64,000 bases of DNA. It comes from Candidatus Aenigmatarchaeota archaeon (lineage in GTDB: Archaea > Aenigmatarchaeota > Aenigmatarchaeia > Aenigmatarchaeales > JACQIB01). Made by a program: the position numbers and the translations under genes. The stretch covers positions 178,760 to 242,759 of the forward strand of contig JACQIB010000004.1 in the NCBI GenBank assembly GCA_016198755.1. Reading direction: 5' to 3'. The notes under the pieces are model-generated. The model saw nothing but the letters and a program-made list of their open reading frames with translations, was not told the origin of the DNA and ran no database searches. How positions within the stretch are numbered: position 1 is the stretch's first letter; each line of letters opens with the position of its first letter. Positions 1-9,532 of the stretch are shown piece by piece.

Positions 1-309
1 ACAGCTAATGGGATAGATGTTTTAAAAGCTGCAATTGATAGCGTTGGCGGGAAAAGTCAATATTTGGGAAAAGGCAATACTGGTTTCGGTTCCTCTATTT
101 TACATTCTGGGGAGAAAACAACTTCCGTAGTTTGGAATATGAACGGCGGACAATACAAAATCCGCGTTGAGGGTCCGCAGGAAGGGGAAGTATCAGGATC
201 AATACAGCAAGCTTTGGAAGGCGCTGGAACAGTCTCTTCTTTAAAACCAAGAGAAATGAACGGACCTTATCTAGTAAACGAGCGCGGAACTCCATTGCTA
301 GAGAGTTGA
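1..309 (+). CDS. hypothetical protein, 3' part (starts before the window)
   Basis: Frame is open from position 1 to TGA at 307-309; no recognisable motif. Confidence 0.55.
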   Translation, partial: TANGIDVLKAAIDSVGGKSQYLGKGNTGFGSSILHSGEKTTSVVWNMNGGQYKIRVEGPQEGEVSGSIQQALEGAGTVSSLKPREMNGPYLVNERGTPLLES

Positions 310-319
310 AATATAAAAT

Positions 320-1297
320 TTACAATAGACCTTTTGGAAAGAAATTCAAGGTAAATTCTTCTGTTGTAATCATTGGTTCAATATCCGTTAAAACTCTGAA
401 AAACTTGTTTTTAATATCTCTTACAAGAGCTTCAGCATTTTCCTGTTTATCTGTAGCATACCAGAAATATATTTCAGGCCTTCCAATAACTTTGAATGCC
501 AGATGTATGTCATGTGTACTTTTGATATAATTTACAATTTCTGCTTCTATTTTCTTTGTCATATAACGAAAGTTCATTTGTACAAAATACTGTATAAGGC
601 CTAATTTTTTATGGACAACAAAAGGGAAAAAAGTTCTGATAATACCATCATGTACAAGCCTTCTGAAATGGTTTCTTGCTGTTTCCATTGAGCTTCCAGA
701 AGCTTTCCCAAGCTCCTGATAGTTTGCTAGCCCATCCACAGTATTTAGATGGTGAAGAATCTTTTTGTCTATATCATCCAAAATATATATATTTTCTGTT
801 GGAATCTCTTTATGTATTTTTTTATATGATTTTTTCCTTGTAAAAATCTGATGATCGAGTTTTATATTTTCCATTAAAGTTTTCGAATCATAAGATTCCA
901 AACTATCTCCAAGAAAAGTTAATACATCATCCAGTATATTTTCAAATTCTGCGGGTTTTTTAACAAGAAACTGCACAAATAGATCCCATCTGCCGAATAT
1001 GCTTCCTGCCCAGACAACATTGGGGTGGTTTTTGAAGTACTCTTTTATTTCTTTTTCTCTTTCAGCAGAAGCTCTAAGTTTAATAAAAACATGATATTGA
1101 TAAATATCTAATTTCTTATATTCAACAGGAGCGAAAAATTTCCATATAATTCCCCTTTCCTTGAGTTTTCGTATCCTATATAGTATGGCATTCTTGCTTA
1201 AACCGACTTCTTTTGCCATTATTCCGAGAGGAGTCCTTGAATTTTCAAGCAAAACAGCTAAAAGCTGCTTATCCTTCTGATCAATATTATATATCAT
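320..1297 (-). CDS. Lrp/AsnC family transcriptional regulator with two tandem HTH+RAM units
   Basis: IDQKDKQLLAVLLENSRTP..MAKEVGLS..RIRKLKERGII and a second LDDIDKKIL..LVHDGII unit; ATG at 1297 lies downstream of a TATA box (ORF track starts at 1336). Confidence 0.85.
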   Translation of the reverse strand: MIYNIDQKDKQLLAVLLENSRTPLGIMAKEVGLSKNAILYRIRKLKERGIIWKFFAPVEYKKLDIYQYHVFIKLRASAEREKEIKEYFKNHPNVVWAGSIFGRWDLFVQFLVKKPAEFENILDDVLTFLGDSLESYDSKTLMENIKLDHQIFTRKKSYKKIHKEIPTENIYILDDIDKKILHHLNTVDGLANYQELGKASGSSMETARNHFRRLVHDGIIRTFFPFVVHKKLGLIQYFVQMNFRYMTKKIEAEIVNYIKSTHDIHLAFKVIGRPEIYFWYATDKQENAEALVRDIKNKFFRVLTDIEPMITTEEFTLNFFPKGLL

Positions 1298-1404
1298 ATA
1301 TGGTATATTATTAAACTGTATATTTAAATCTTTCATTTTATAACATAAATATATCCAATGGCTTTATATAATGAACTGATATATCTACTGTAGAGTGATA
1401 AAAT

Positions 1405-2004
1405 ATGATAGAGAAAAAACCTGTTGAAGCAAGAAAAGTAGTTCCGTTTAGAATAGTTCCAAACACTCCTGGAGGATTAGGTGTGTATGTTAACAGTTCA
1501 ATAGATAATCCAGATGGAGCAGAAATATCTGGTGAATTTTCCACTCTTTTACTGCCCAATATACGAGTAGAATCCGGTTCTGTATACGCAGTAGAAGGAA
1601 CTAAAGCAATTTCGATGCTTCTAACAGGTCATGTGCCAAAGGGTGTAGATCTTACAGAAATGTACATTGAAAAAGAACTTGCTGCTCAAGGACTTGGAAC
1701 ATATTACTTAAAAGTAGGGGATGTAAGCGATCATATAGACGTTTCATGGGCAAAGATGGGTACTCTAGATTTAACCCTTTCTACATATTGTCCAAGCCTT
1801 GATATGAGAAGGGGAATTTTTGATACACTAGACTTTGGGTATGATGTGAACAGAAAAGTTCGCGGGCTTGACTTGAGAAGCACTACAATAAAGAATGTAG
1901 AAGGTGTGTTGCCAGCTGACACATCTGATATACAAATGGATAAAAATACGAATGTTCCTGAAAACTTAAGAGCATATTTGAAAAGAATGAGCGCTGTTAT
2001 ATAA
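1405..2004 (+). CDS. hypothetical protein
   Basis: 199-aa ORF with TTTATATAA upstream; no motif recognised. Confidence 0.65.
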   Translation: MIEKKPVEARKVVPFRIVPNTPGGLGVYVNSSIDNPDGAEISGEFSTLLLPNIRVESGSVYAVEGTKAISMLLTGHVPKGVDLTEMYIEKELAAQGLGTYYLKVGDVSDHIDVSWAKMGTLDLTLSTYCPSLDMRRGIFDTLDFGYDVNRKVRGLDLRSTTIKNVEGVLPADTSDIQMDKNTNVPENLRAYLKRMSAVI

Positions 2005-2033
2005 ACACGTAGGTTAGAATTAGTCTTTACAAA

Positions 2034-2315
2034 TCAAGCAGTGGACATAGGAATTATGTTTTGAGGACCAGAAATAAATCTTCTTCCCATATTCGTTGGA
2101 TAATAAATTTTAGACTTTCCTGAAGTACGCTTACCCTCGCCGCGTCTGCGATACACATAATGTCCGCTTTCCAACTTTCTAACAATCTTATAAGTATAGC
2201 TTGGATCTTTTCCTAAACCTCGGCAAATATCAGGAACAGAACTGCTAGGGTTATTTACTATATACCCAAGAACCTGCATCTCAACAGTACCAGTCCTTGG
2301 AACATATTTTACCAT
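2034..2315 (-). CDS. winged-HTH DNA-binding protein (MarR/TrmB-like)
   Basis: SVPDICRGLGKDPSYTYKIVRKLESGHYVYR..IYYPTNMGR wHTH pattern. Confidence 0.7.
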   Translation of the reverse strand: MVKYVPRTGTVEMQVLGYIVNNPSSSVPDICRGLGKDPSYTYKIVRKLESGHYVYRRRGEGKRTSGKSKIYYPTNMGRRFISGPQNIIPMSTA

Positions 2316-2359
2316 GAAAATAATTCGATAGAAAACCTTATTAAGCCTCCTTAACATGC

Positions 2360-3148
2360 CTAAATCAGATTCACATCAGCTGTCCTTCTGGGCTCATATA
2401 CATCCTCTTCTGAATAACCTTCCTGTAGAAAATCTCTTTCCAGTCTCCCACTCCACTTGAATTCCCCCCCAGTGTTAAAGCCCAATTTCTTTATTTTAGC
2501 CCTAGTGCCTATAGGCACAAATTCTTTAGCAAGCGGATTGAAACCTTTCTTTCTAACTGCTTTATGCAAAACAACCACATCCTCCAGAATACACTCCATA
2601 GCAGTTGGTTCTGTTATGTTCCTTTCAATTCTATATCTATAGGGCAAAACCAGCAATGGCAGTTGCCTGCTCATCATAGAACTCAATATTCCTGGGAGAA
2701 AATCATGCGATTGGAAGCTTGTCTCGTACATATCTCTCAGCTCTACCAAAGCACGTGTATGAGGATTTGCAACCCACGGGTCAAATTTCATTTTGTCTCT
2801 TGAAAAATCATTTGCACCCATAAAATCATCAACATAAAATGGACGTATAATACCAGCATCGTCCAGAACAGCATACACGCCAGGATATCGTGTCATCTCA
2901 TCCTGTATTCTCATCTCCCCAATAGCCAGAATAACACCCCTGTTAACCAGCAAGGGTACTCCAGTTATCTTAGCTGGTCTTGACGAGCCTCTGTAAACTA
3001 ATGAACCCGAACCTGAAGAAGTTTCTAATGCAGGCCCCATATCAGGCACAACACCAAAAGTTACATTATAACCTTTCTGCACACTATTCTGCAAAAATGT
3101 TCTCATTCCCTTAATATCCCTGCTGCTTATGTCTACCATGAAATTCAA
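2360..3148 (-). CDS. hypothetical protein
   Basis: 262-aa ORF, no confident motif. Confidence 0.65.
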   Translation of the reverse strand: MNFMVDISSRDIKGMRTFLQNSVQKGYNVTFGVVPDMGPALETSSGSGSLVYRGSSRPAKITGVPLLVNRGVILAIGEMRIQDEMTRYPGVYAVLDDAGIIRPFYVDDFMGANDFSRDKMKFDPWVANPHTRALVELRDMYETSFQSHDFLPGILSSMMSRQLPLLVLPYRYRIERNITEPTAMECILEDVVVLHKAVRKKGFNPLAKEFVPIGTRAKIKKLGFNTGGEFKWSGRLERDFLQEGYSEEDVYEPRRTADVNLI

Positions 3149-3201
3149 ATTATAATCTGTGGAGAAAAGGATAAATGTGTGTGTATTTGTATAGGATTCT
3201 G

Positions 3202-4347
3202 CTATTTTTTAGGAGATTGTTTTCTGGAAGCTAACTCGGCTTCCCTGAGTGTTGTTTCCATCGCATCCAAAGCTGTCTGGAATTTTGTCATATTCTTGTC
3301 AAATATCGAAAGCCTTTCATTCCATGCCGGTATAGAAAACTCTACATAAGGTTTTCCAAGAACTCCGAGTGCAGATTTCCTATTTGACCTTCCGGGGAAG
3401 CACAGGCTAGCATAATTTTCCACTTCCTCTCCAAGACCGAATGCAGTTGCATACACAAGATATTTGTCCCAAATAATCAAAAATTTGGGTGGCCTCTCCT
3501 TTAATATGCTGAAATCTTTGATGAACATTTTCAACCCACTCCATTTTAGGAAATGTTCAGTTCCAAGTTCTGTGTAACACATTAAATATTTCTTATATTT
3601 TGAAACAAGAATTCCATAAAATAGAGCTATAAAAAAGAGACTGAAAATTGAGAAACCTATAGTGGGGATAAATAAAAAGAAGGCAAGGATGAAGTTCAGA
3701 ATAAAAATTATTTTGGTCCAATATACAAACCTTTCTAAGCCTGTAAAATCTACTAGCTTCAGTTTTTTAACATCCTCTTCTACAAGTTTTTCCCAGTTTT
3801 CAATGAATAATTCATATTTTGGGTTCAAATACACCTTCAAAGCCAGTTGGCTCATTTGTATACTATCGCTGACCATGTGTTCAGTATACAACTTATAGAC
3901 AGCTTCCTCATAGGTCTTTAATCCCGGCTTTGAAGTCCTTTTCAGTCTAGTAATTAAGTAGTCCTTCTCCTTTCCGAATATTTTCAAGTATTTCTTGTGC
4001 CCAATTTCCTCTATCTTAAAATACCCCCTTCTAACCAAATCCAGAAATGTAGCTGTTATATCATCCTCCTTCAAGTACATATCCAGAATAAAAGAAGCTA
4101 TAGCAGGTCCATAATCATATGGTATTTCCCTAACATAAGCCGATTCCGTTATCTCTGGCTTTTTCCCATACTTCTTTGAAAGAGAAAAAAATAATAGTGT
4201 TTCCAAACCAGCAAAGATAAAAAACAAGGCCAACGCAAAAGAAAATGATAACAAGAATATTATTCCGAGACCTGAAGCAATAGCTCCTATACAAAAGAAC
4301 ATAAACCATAAAGAGAAGAACAACAGTACAAAAATCACTGGACGCAT
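3202..4347 (-). CDS. DUF2207-type membrane protein
   Basis: TM segments, ITATFLDLVRRGY, WSGLKMFIKDFS, WDKYLVYATAFG. Confidence 0.8.
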   Translation of the reverse strand: MRPVIFVLLFFSLWFMFFCIGAIASGLGIIFLLSFSFALALFFIFAGLETLLFFSLSKKYGKKPEITESAYVREIPYDYGPAIASFILDMYLKEDDITATFLDLVRRGYFKIEEIGHKKYLKIFGKEKDYLITRLKRTSKPGLKTYEEAVYKLYTEHMVSDSIQMSQLALKVYLNPKYELFIENWEKLVEEDVKKLKLVDFTGLERFVYWTKIIFILNFILAFFLFIPTIGFSIFSLFFIALFYGILVSKYKKYLMCYTELGTEHFLKWSGLKMFIKDFSILKERPPKFLIIWDKYLVYATAFGLGEEVENYASLCFPGRSNRKSALGVLGKPYVEFSIPAWNERLSIFDKNMTKFQTALDAMETTLREAELASRKQSPKK

Positions 4348-4365
4348 AAGTATATTTATGATTCC

Positions 4366-6108
4366 CTATAATAAAACCTTTGTACTCCTGAAAACCTTTT
4401 TCAGTTCTGTAAAAGGCAGGGTGTTTACAACATCCTTCTGCTCAAGCCAGCCTCTGCGCGCTGTTTTTATTCCCAGTTCAGTATACCAGAAAGTATTTTT
4501 ATCATGTGAGTCTGTGTCAATTGCAAACTTGCAGTCGAATTCTCTTGCAAGCCTTATGTGATCATCCTTCAAGTCCAGCCTGTTTGGCTGCGAATCTATT
4601 TCTAAAACAACTCCCAGTTCAGCAGCTTTTGCAAAAACCTTTTTCAAATCCAAATCAAAAGGCTTTCTCCGTGTTATTAACCTTCCTGTTGGGTGGCCCA
4701 AAATTGAAATTAATCCTGTTTCCATTGCTGCTAGCACGCGAGCAGTGATTTTTTCCTCCGGAGCTTTAAACCCTGAATGAATAGAACCAACAACAATATC
4801 CAGCTTTTTCAGCAAACTATCAGGATAGTCAAGAGATCCGTTTCCTTTAATGTCTACCTCACTTCCAGAAAGAATTTTTATTCCTTTAATTTTCTTCCTT
4901 GCCTCCTCTATTGCTTTCAGGTATTTTATCAGCCTCTCCTCGCTCATACCATGCGCTTGGTACTCTGATTTTGAATGGTCCGTTATTGCAATATACTCAT
5001 ACCCTAGGGATTTGGCTGCAAGAGCCATCTCCTCAATAGAATGGTTTCCATCAGACCAGTTTGTGTGCAAATGCAAATCCCCGCGGATATCGGAAAGTTT
5101 AACAAGTGCTGGCAGTTTTCCTGCAGCCGCAGCTTCAATCTCCCCATGATTCTCTCTCATCTCAGGCTCTATCCAGTGCAGCCCCAAAGTTTTGTAAACT
5201 TCCTCTTCTGTTTTTCCAGCCAATTGCTTTCCAGTTTTCCTGTCAAATAACCCATATTCGGAGAGTTTATACCCCTTTGCAATAGCCATTGTCCTAAGCT
5301 CTACATTATGATCCATGTTTCCTGTAAAATACTGAAGAGCAGCTCCATAGCTTTCAGCTGGAAGTACCCTCAAGTCAGCCTGCAGCCCATTTTTCAGGAC
5401 AACAGTGCTTTTTGTTGGCCCTTTAGAAAGAACCCTCCCAACTTCAGAAAGTGTTGTGAAAACTTCCATTACAGCAGCAGGCTTCCTGCTTATAACCAAA
5501 ATATCCAAATCCCCCACAGTTTCCTTCCCCCTTCTTGTTGAACCAGCAATTTCCGCCTGTTCTACAGCCGGATTTTTCCTTAATTTTTCAACTATTTGCT
5601 TTGCAATCGGGAGCGCCTCGCCCAGCAAATAGCGTTCTTTGCTTTTCTTCAGCATATCCACAGACTGCAGAATATTTTTTTCAGATTTTTCCCCGAAACC
5701 AGGCAAGTTTCTTAATTTCCCTGCTTTTGCAGCAGCAGCTAAATCCTGCACTGTTTTGACTTTTAGTTTCTTGTAAAGGAAAATAGCTTTCCTCGGCCCA
5801 ATACCTTCCAGTTTCATTAGATTCATCAACCCTTCAGGTATCTTCTTTCCCAGCTGTTCTATCTTATTTATTCTTCCGGTTTTCAAATACTCCTCTATAT
5901 TCGAGGAAATTGTTGCCCCAACCCCTGGTATCTCCTGCAGAGCTTTCACTCCCCCCTGCTTGTAAACTTCAGAAACCTCTGTAGGCAGGCTATCCAATAC
6001 TCTGGCTACCTTCCTGTAAGCTATAGGCTCCCATTTTACTTCTAAAATATCCAGCATATCTGCTATTTCGTACAGCAGAGCAGCTATCTCTTTATTGGCT
6101 GAAGGCAT
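4366..6108 (-). CDS. polX: DNA polymerase X with C-terminal PHP domain
   Basis: AYRK, HhH repeats, GSTRRGKETVGDLDIL, DLR, YFTG, PHP motifs DLHLHT/ITDHS/DSH. Confidence 0.95.
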   Translation of the reverse strand: MPSANKEIAALLYEIADMLDILEVKWEPIAYRKVARVLDSLPTEVSEVYKQGGVKALQEIPGVGATISSNIEEYLKTGRINKIEQLGKKIPEGLMNLMKLEGIGPRKAIFLYKKLKVKTVQDLAAAAKAGKLRNLPGFGEKSEKNILQSVDMLKKSKERYLLGEALPIAKQIVEKLRKNPAVEQAEIAGSTRRGKETVGDLDILVISRKPAAVMEVFTTLSEVGRVLSKGPTKSTVVLKNGLQADLRVLPAESYGAALQYFTGNMDHNVELRTMAIAKGYKLSEYGLFDRKTGKQLAGKTEEEVYKTLGLHWIEPEMRENHGEIEAAAAGKLPALVKLSDIRGDLHLHTNWSDGNHSIEEMALAAKSLGYEYIAITDHSKSEYQAHGMSEERLIKYLKAIEEARKKIKGIKILSGSEVDIKGNGSLDYPDSLLKKLDIVVGSIHSGFKAPEEKITARVLAAMETGLISILGHPTGRLITRRKPFDLDLKKVFAKAAELGVVLEIDSQPNRLDLKDDHIRLAREFDCKFAIDTDSHDKNTFWYTELGIKTARRGWLEQKDVVNTLPFTELKKVFRSTKVLL

Positions 6109-6110
6109 AA

Positions 6111-6368
6111 TTATCTATAAACCTCCTTTCTATGTTCAAACCTGAGCAATATTATTTTATCTCCTTCAATAGAATAAATAAGCCTGTAGGGTTTAATGTA
6201 TATTGTTCTCTCTCCCTTTAGATCATAACTAAGAGGTTTTCCAACTTCTGGCCTTTCGACAATCTTCTTTAACTGTTTTTTTATCTTCTCCTTAAGAGAA
6301 CCATCCTTTATTTTTTTAATTTCTTCCTCAAATTTATCCGTTGGTATAATCAGCTTTATTTCTACCAT
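6111..6368 (-). CDS. RelE/ParE family toxin
   Basis: 85 aa, basic, GKPLSYDLKGER..PYRLIYSI..FEHRKEVYR; overlaps antitoxin stop. Confidence 0.85.
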   Translation of the reverse strand: MVEIKLIIPTDKFEEEIKKIKDGSLKEKIKKQLKKIVERPEVGKPLSYDLKGERTIYIKPYRLIYSIEGDKIILLRFEHRKEVYR

Positions 6369-6643
6369 TTTTCCAGCTCTTTAAAGAACTTTTCTTTAGT
6401 ATAAATTTTATATCTGCCCTCTTCTATATCTTTCCATGCTTCCTCAACGAGCTTTAATGTTCTCAAATCTTCTTCTGTCATTTGTGTATTCAATTTTTTC
6501 AGAATAATAGTATCTTTTCTTGCGCTCACGGCAAATGAGCTACCTTCCCTTATGCCAACCATCTTCCTTATATCACTTGGTATAACTATCTGTCCTTTTG
6601 AGCTGGCGCGTGTTATCTCAGGCAATATGCTCTGTTTTCTCAT
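6362..6643 (-). CDS. AbrB/MazE/SpoVT family antitoxin
   Basis: SSKGQIVIPSDIRKMVGIREG motif and EEAWKDIEEGR C-terminus. Confidence 0.85.
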   Translation of the reverse strand: MRKQSILPEITRASSKGQIVIPSDIRKMVGIREGSSFAVSARKDTIILKKLNTQMTEEDLRTLKLVEEAWKDIEEGRYKIYTKEKFFKELEKW

Positions 6644-6735
6644 ATATGTAAGATATTCTTACTAGTATATAAATATATCCTATTAATATTAGAGAGGAAC
6701 ATAACTCTTATAAACCTTCCCTTCCCATTCTGCGC

Positions 6736-7161
6736 ATGGAAGAGCAATGCATATTTTGTTCAATTGTAGAGGGAAAGATACCCGCCGCAATAATACATGA
6801 GGATGATGTTGGATTGGCTTTTCTGGATATAACTCCGGCAACAAAAGGGCATACTGTACTTATTAGCAAAGAGCATTATGAGGATATTTTTTCTGTACCT
6901 TCTGAAAAACTTGAAAAACTTATTGTATTTGCAAAAGGGCTGATGGAGCATATAAAAGAAAAACTTTCTGCCCAAGGATTCAATATGGAGAGTTTTATAG
7001 GGTCAGCCTCAGGTTCGATGATAAAGCATTTCTCTTTCCACTTAATACCCCGCTATGATGATGATGGACAGGAAAGGCCATTTGCAACGAGAATGAAGTT
7101 TGGGAGCAAAGAAGAGCTAACAAAGTATTTGGAAGAAACTGCTGAGAAAATAACAGAATAA
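6736..7161 (+). CDS. HIT family protein with degenerate triad (HFSFH)
   Basis: CIFC..AFLDITP..GHTVLI..HFSFHLIPR. Confidence 0.85.
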   Translation: MEEQCIFCSIVEGKIPAAIIHEDDVGLAFLDITPATKGHTVLISKEHYEDIFSVPSEKLEKLIVFAKGLMEHIKEKLSAQGFNMESFIGSASGSMIKHFSFHLIPRYDDDGQERPFATRMKFGSKEELTKYLEETAEKITE

Positions 7162-7179
7162 TTAATATTTTCAACACAT

Positions 7180-7587
7180 TTACAAGCTTTGTTGAGGTGC
7201 TTTTGGTATTAACAACTCTTCTAACTGTTCCCTGACAGCCAAAAGTCTAGCCCAATTATCAAGATATGTAACCTGTTCTGTCGGAACCCACTCTTTAGAC
7301 TCTTTGGCTCCGTCAGCAAGAAGTTTTTTCCTGAAGGCATCATAATGATCACTATCCACTCTTCTCGCCGTATAGATTGCAAATATATCTGAAGATGGAG
7401 GTGATGTTCTGGGACTTTCAACAGGTTTTACCAAAAGTTTCAGCGAAGGAATATAAACAACACGTCTTGCACCATGTGACATAGATTTTCCATCAGGAAA
7501 TTCTGTGCTAGTATCATAAGTAAAAACTATGGCCCGTATAGCAGATATTTCTGCAGGACTTCTGCCAGATAAAGAATCACTTTCCAT
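7180..7587 (-). CDS. hypothetical protein
   Basis: 135-aa ORF with upstream TATA. Confidence 0.6.
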   Translation of the reverse strand: MESDSLSGRSPAEISAIRAIVFTYDTSTEFPDGKSMSHGARRVVYIPSLKLLVKPVESPRTSPPSSDIFAIYTARRVDSDHYDAFRKKLLADGAKESKEWVPTEQVTYLDNWARLLAVREQLEELLIPKAPQQSL

Positions 7588-7653
7588 AGAAACAATTAAG
7601 TATACATAAAGGATTTATAGGCTGTTGATATGTAAAATTCCTTTACCGAATAG

Positions 7654-8565
7654 TTATAAAACACATTTTTCTTCAATCAAAATTATTTTCTTGTCTGCAT
7701 CTATTGAAACCTTAGCTCCGATGGGCAGGGTTGCAACAGGAGTATGGTGGCCAAAATCTTCTGTTTTCAGAATTGGAAAATCCTTTCCAGCTGTTAGCTC
7801 CAATAAACTTTGTTCCAGCTGCTTATCTTTGGGCCATTCTTTCTGCAGCCCATAAATAAAACCCACAACAACACCCTTTACTTTATCAAAAACTCCCAAC
7901 TCTTTCAATTTTTCCAGTGCTTTGTAAACGTCATCACACCTCATGTGGTAGTCTTCTAACATTAGGATAGAGTTTGAAAAATCAGGCCAGAATTCTGTTC
8001 CAGCCAATTTAAGCAGAGCCCTCAGGTTCCCTCCCAAAAACTTTCCCTGCGCATGTCCTGCGCGGATTGTTTTTCTCTCTCTCAAAGCAGGAACCTCCCC
8101 TATTTTCCCTTTTACGAGCCTGTCTAGGAAAATTTTCCTGTCATAATCTGTAGAGTATAATCCAAAGCAGTGCCTTATTTCCGGTCCCTGAAAAGTTATA
8201 AGTCCTATTTTTACATAGATTGCATTCAACAAAGCTGCAACATCGCTGAAACCAACAAAAACTTTTGGATTTTTCTTTATTGTTTTCCAGTCTATAAATT
8301 CTAAAGTTTTTTGTATATTATTCCCCCCAACCGTAGAAACAATCCCTTTCACCTCAGGGTTCTGGAACAGCTCATTCAAGTCCTCAGCTTTCTTTTTTGG
8401 GTCTGTGCTGTTAAAGTTTTTGCTCAGTAAAACCTTAAACCCAAGCTTTTCCAGCTCTCCAACACCCTTCAAAAAGCGCGGATCATTTGGCCCACCCTCT
8501 ACTGGGTCAGAAGGAGTGCAGGTTCCCAGTTTATCTCCAATTTTCAAACGCTTTGGTATAATCAT
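7654..8565 (-). CDS. S66 family peptidase (LD-carboxypeptidase/MccF-like)
   Basis: NPKVFVGFSD, GGNL, LED, FGH: Ser-Glu-His triad. Confidence 0.9.
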   Translation of the reverse strand: MIIPKRLKIGDKLGTCTPSDPVEGGPNDPRFLKGVGELEKLGFKVLLSKNFNSTDPKKKAEDLNELFQNPEVKGIVSTVGGNNIQKTLEFIDWKTIKKNPKVFVGFSDVAALLNAIYVKIGLITFQGPEIRHCFGLYSTDYDRKIFLDRLVKGKIGEVPALRERKTIRAGHAQGKFLGGNLRALLKLAGTEFWPDFSNSILMLEDYHMRCDDVYKALEKLKELGVFDKVKGVVVGFIYGLQKEWPKDKQLEQSLLELTAGKDFPILKTEDFGHHTPVATLPIGAKVSIDADKKIILIEEKCVL

Positions 8566-8571
8566 AATGTC

Positions 8572-9270
8572 TCACTCAACAATCTTCTTTGATTCGCAGT
8601 TGTCTGTGCAGGGTTTTGGGATAAATTCCCTTAAAACCATTGTTTCACCCTTCACTAGCTTTGAAAAATTTTCCTCAGCTTCGCGTGCCTTCTCTTTCAA
8701 AACCATTTTATAGTGCATTGGAATTGTAAGCTTTGCCTTAATAGTGTTAGCTGCCTCAGCAGCTTCCTCCACGCCCATTGTAAATTTTCCCCCCATTGGC
8801 AGGAGAGCAACATCTATGTTTTTCAATTCTCTCATCTCAGGGACAAAATCTGTGTCCCCAGCATGGTATAATCTGCCAGCAGGCAGGTTTAGAACAAACC
8901 CAACCCAGTTATTTGCACGTGGATGGAAGCTTAGCCTGTCTTCTTTAGTGTTGTAAGCAGGAATTGTCTCAACTTTAATACCGAAAATATTGTAGGTTTT
9001 TTGCGATTCAACTGGTATAAAACGTGCTGGAGAAACCAGTTCTTGCTGTAGGTTCGCAGGCCCAACCAGAACAGTCTCGGGCTTCAATATTCTTTTCAAA
9101 TCCTGCTCACTAAAATGGTCATAGTGGGCATGGGTAATAAAAATCACATCAGCTTTCTCTTTTGTTTCAGGTATTTGAAACGGGTCTATATACAGGAAGT
9201 TTTTCTTGTTCAGGAAAATGGAAAAGGAAGCATGCCCAAACCAGCGCAGGTCGCGAAGTAAGTCTGACAT
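8572..9270 (-). CDS. metallo-beta-lactamase fold hydrolase
   Basis: WFGHASF, THAHYDH, YHAGDT, IPMHY. Confidence 0.9.
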   Translation of the reverse strand: MSDLLRDLRWFGHASFSIFLNKKNFLYIDPFQIPETKEKADVIFITHAHYDHFSEQDLKRILKPETVLVGPANLQQELVSPARFIPVESQKTYNIFGIKVETIPAYNTKEDRLSFHPRANNWVGFVLNLPAGRLYHAGDTDFVPEMRELKNIDVALLPMGGKFTMGVEEAAEAANTIKAKLTIPMHYKMVLKEKAREAEENFSKLVKGETMVLREFIPKPCTDNCESKKIVE

Positions 9271-9317
9271 GAAACCTATTGGCGAAAAGGATATTTATAG
9301 GTTTGAACCTGCGCAAC

Positions 9318-9527
9318 TCAGCCGCTGCGGTTCATAACAAGTGATAAACTCTCATTCAAAACACCCTTTACTGTTTCATTTACAGTGTGTGTTCCGAGAG
9401 TTGCTGTGTTCTGCAGGTTTAATGTTATCTGGGCGACAGCAACAAGCACAACAGCTGCAACCAAAAGCATTGCCAAGTACTTCAGAGGAAGGCCTTCTAT
9501 TCCCTTTAAACGAAATACTTTCATCAT
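9318..9527 (-). CDS. small pilin-like protein with class III signal peptide
   Basis: RLKG|IEGLPLKY followed by a hydrophobic helix; directly after TadC-like gene. Confidence 0.65.
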   Translation of the reverse strand: MMKVFRLKGIEGLPLKYLAMLLVAAVVLVAVAQITLNLQNTATLGTHTVNETVKGVLNESLSLVMNRSG

Positions 9528-9532
9528 TTATA

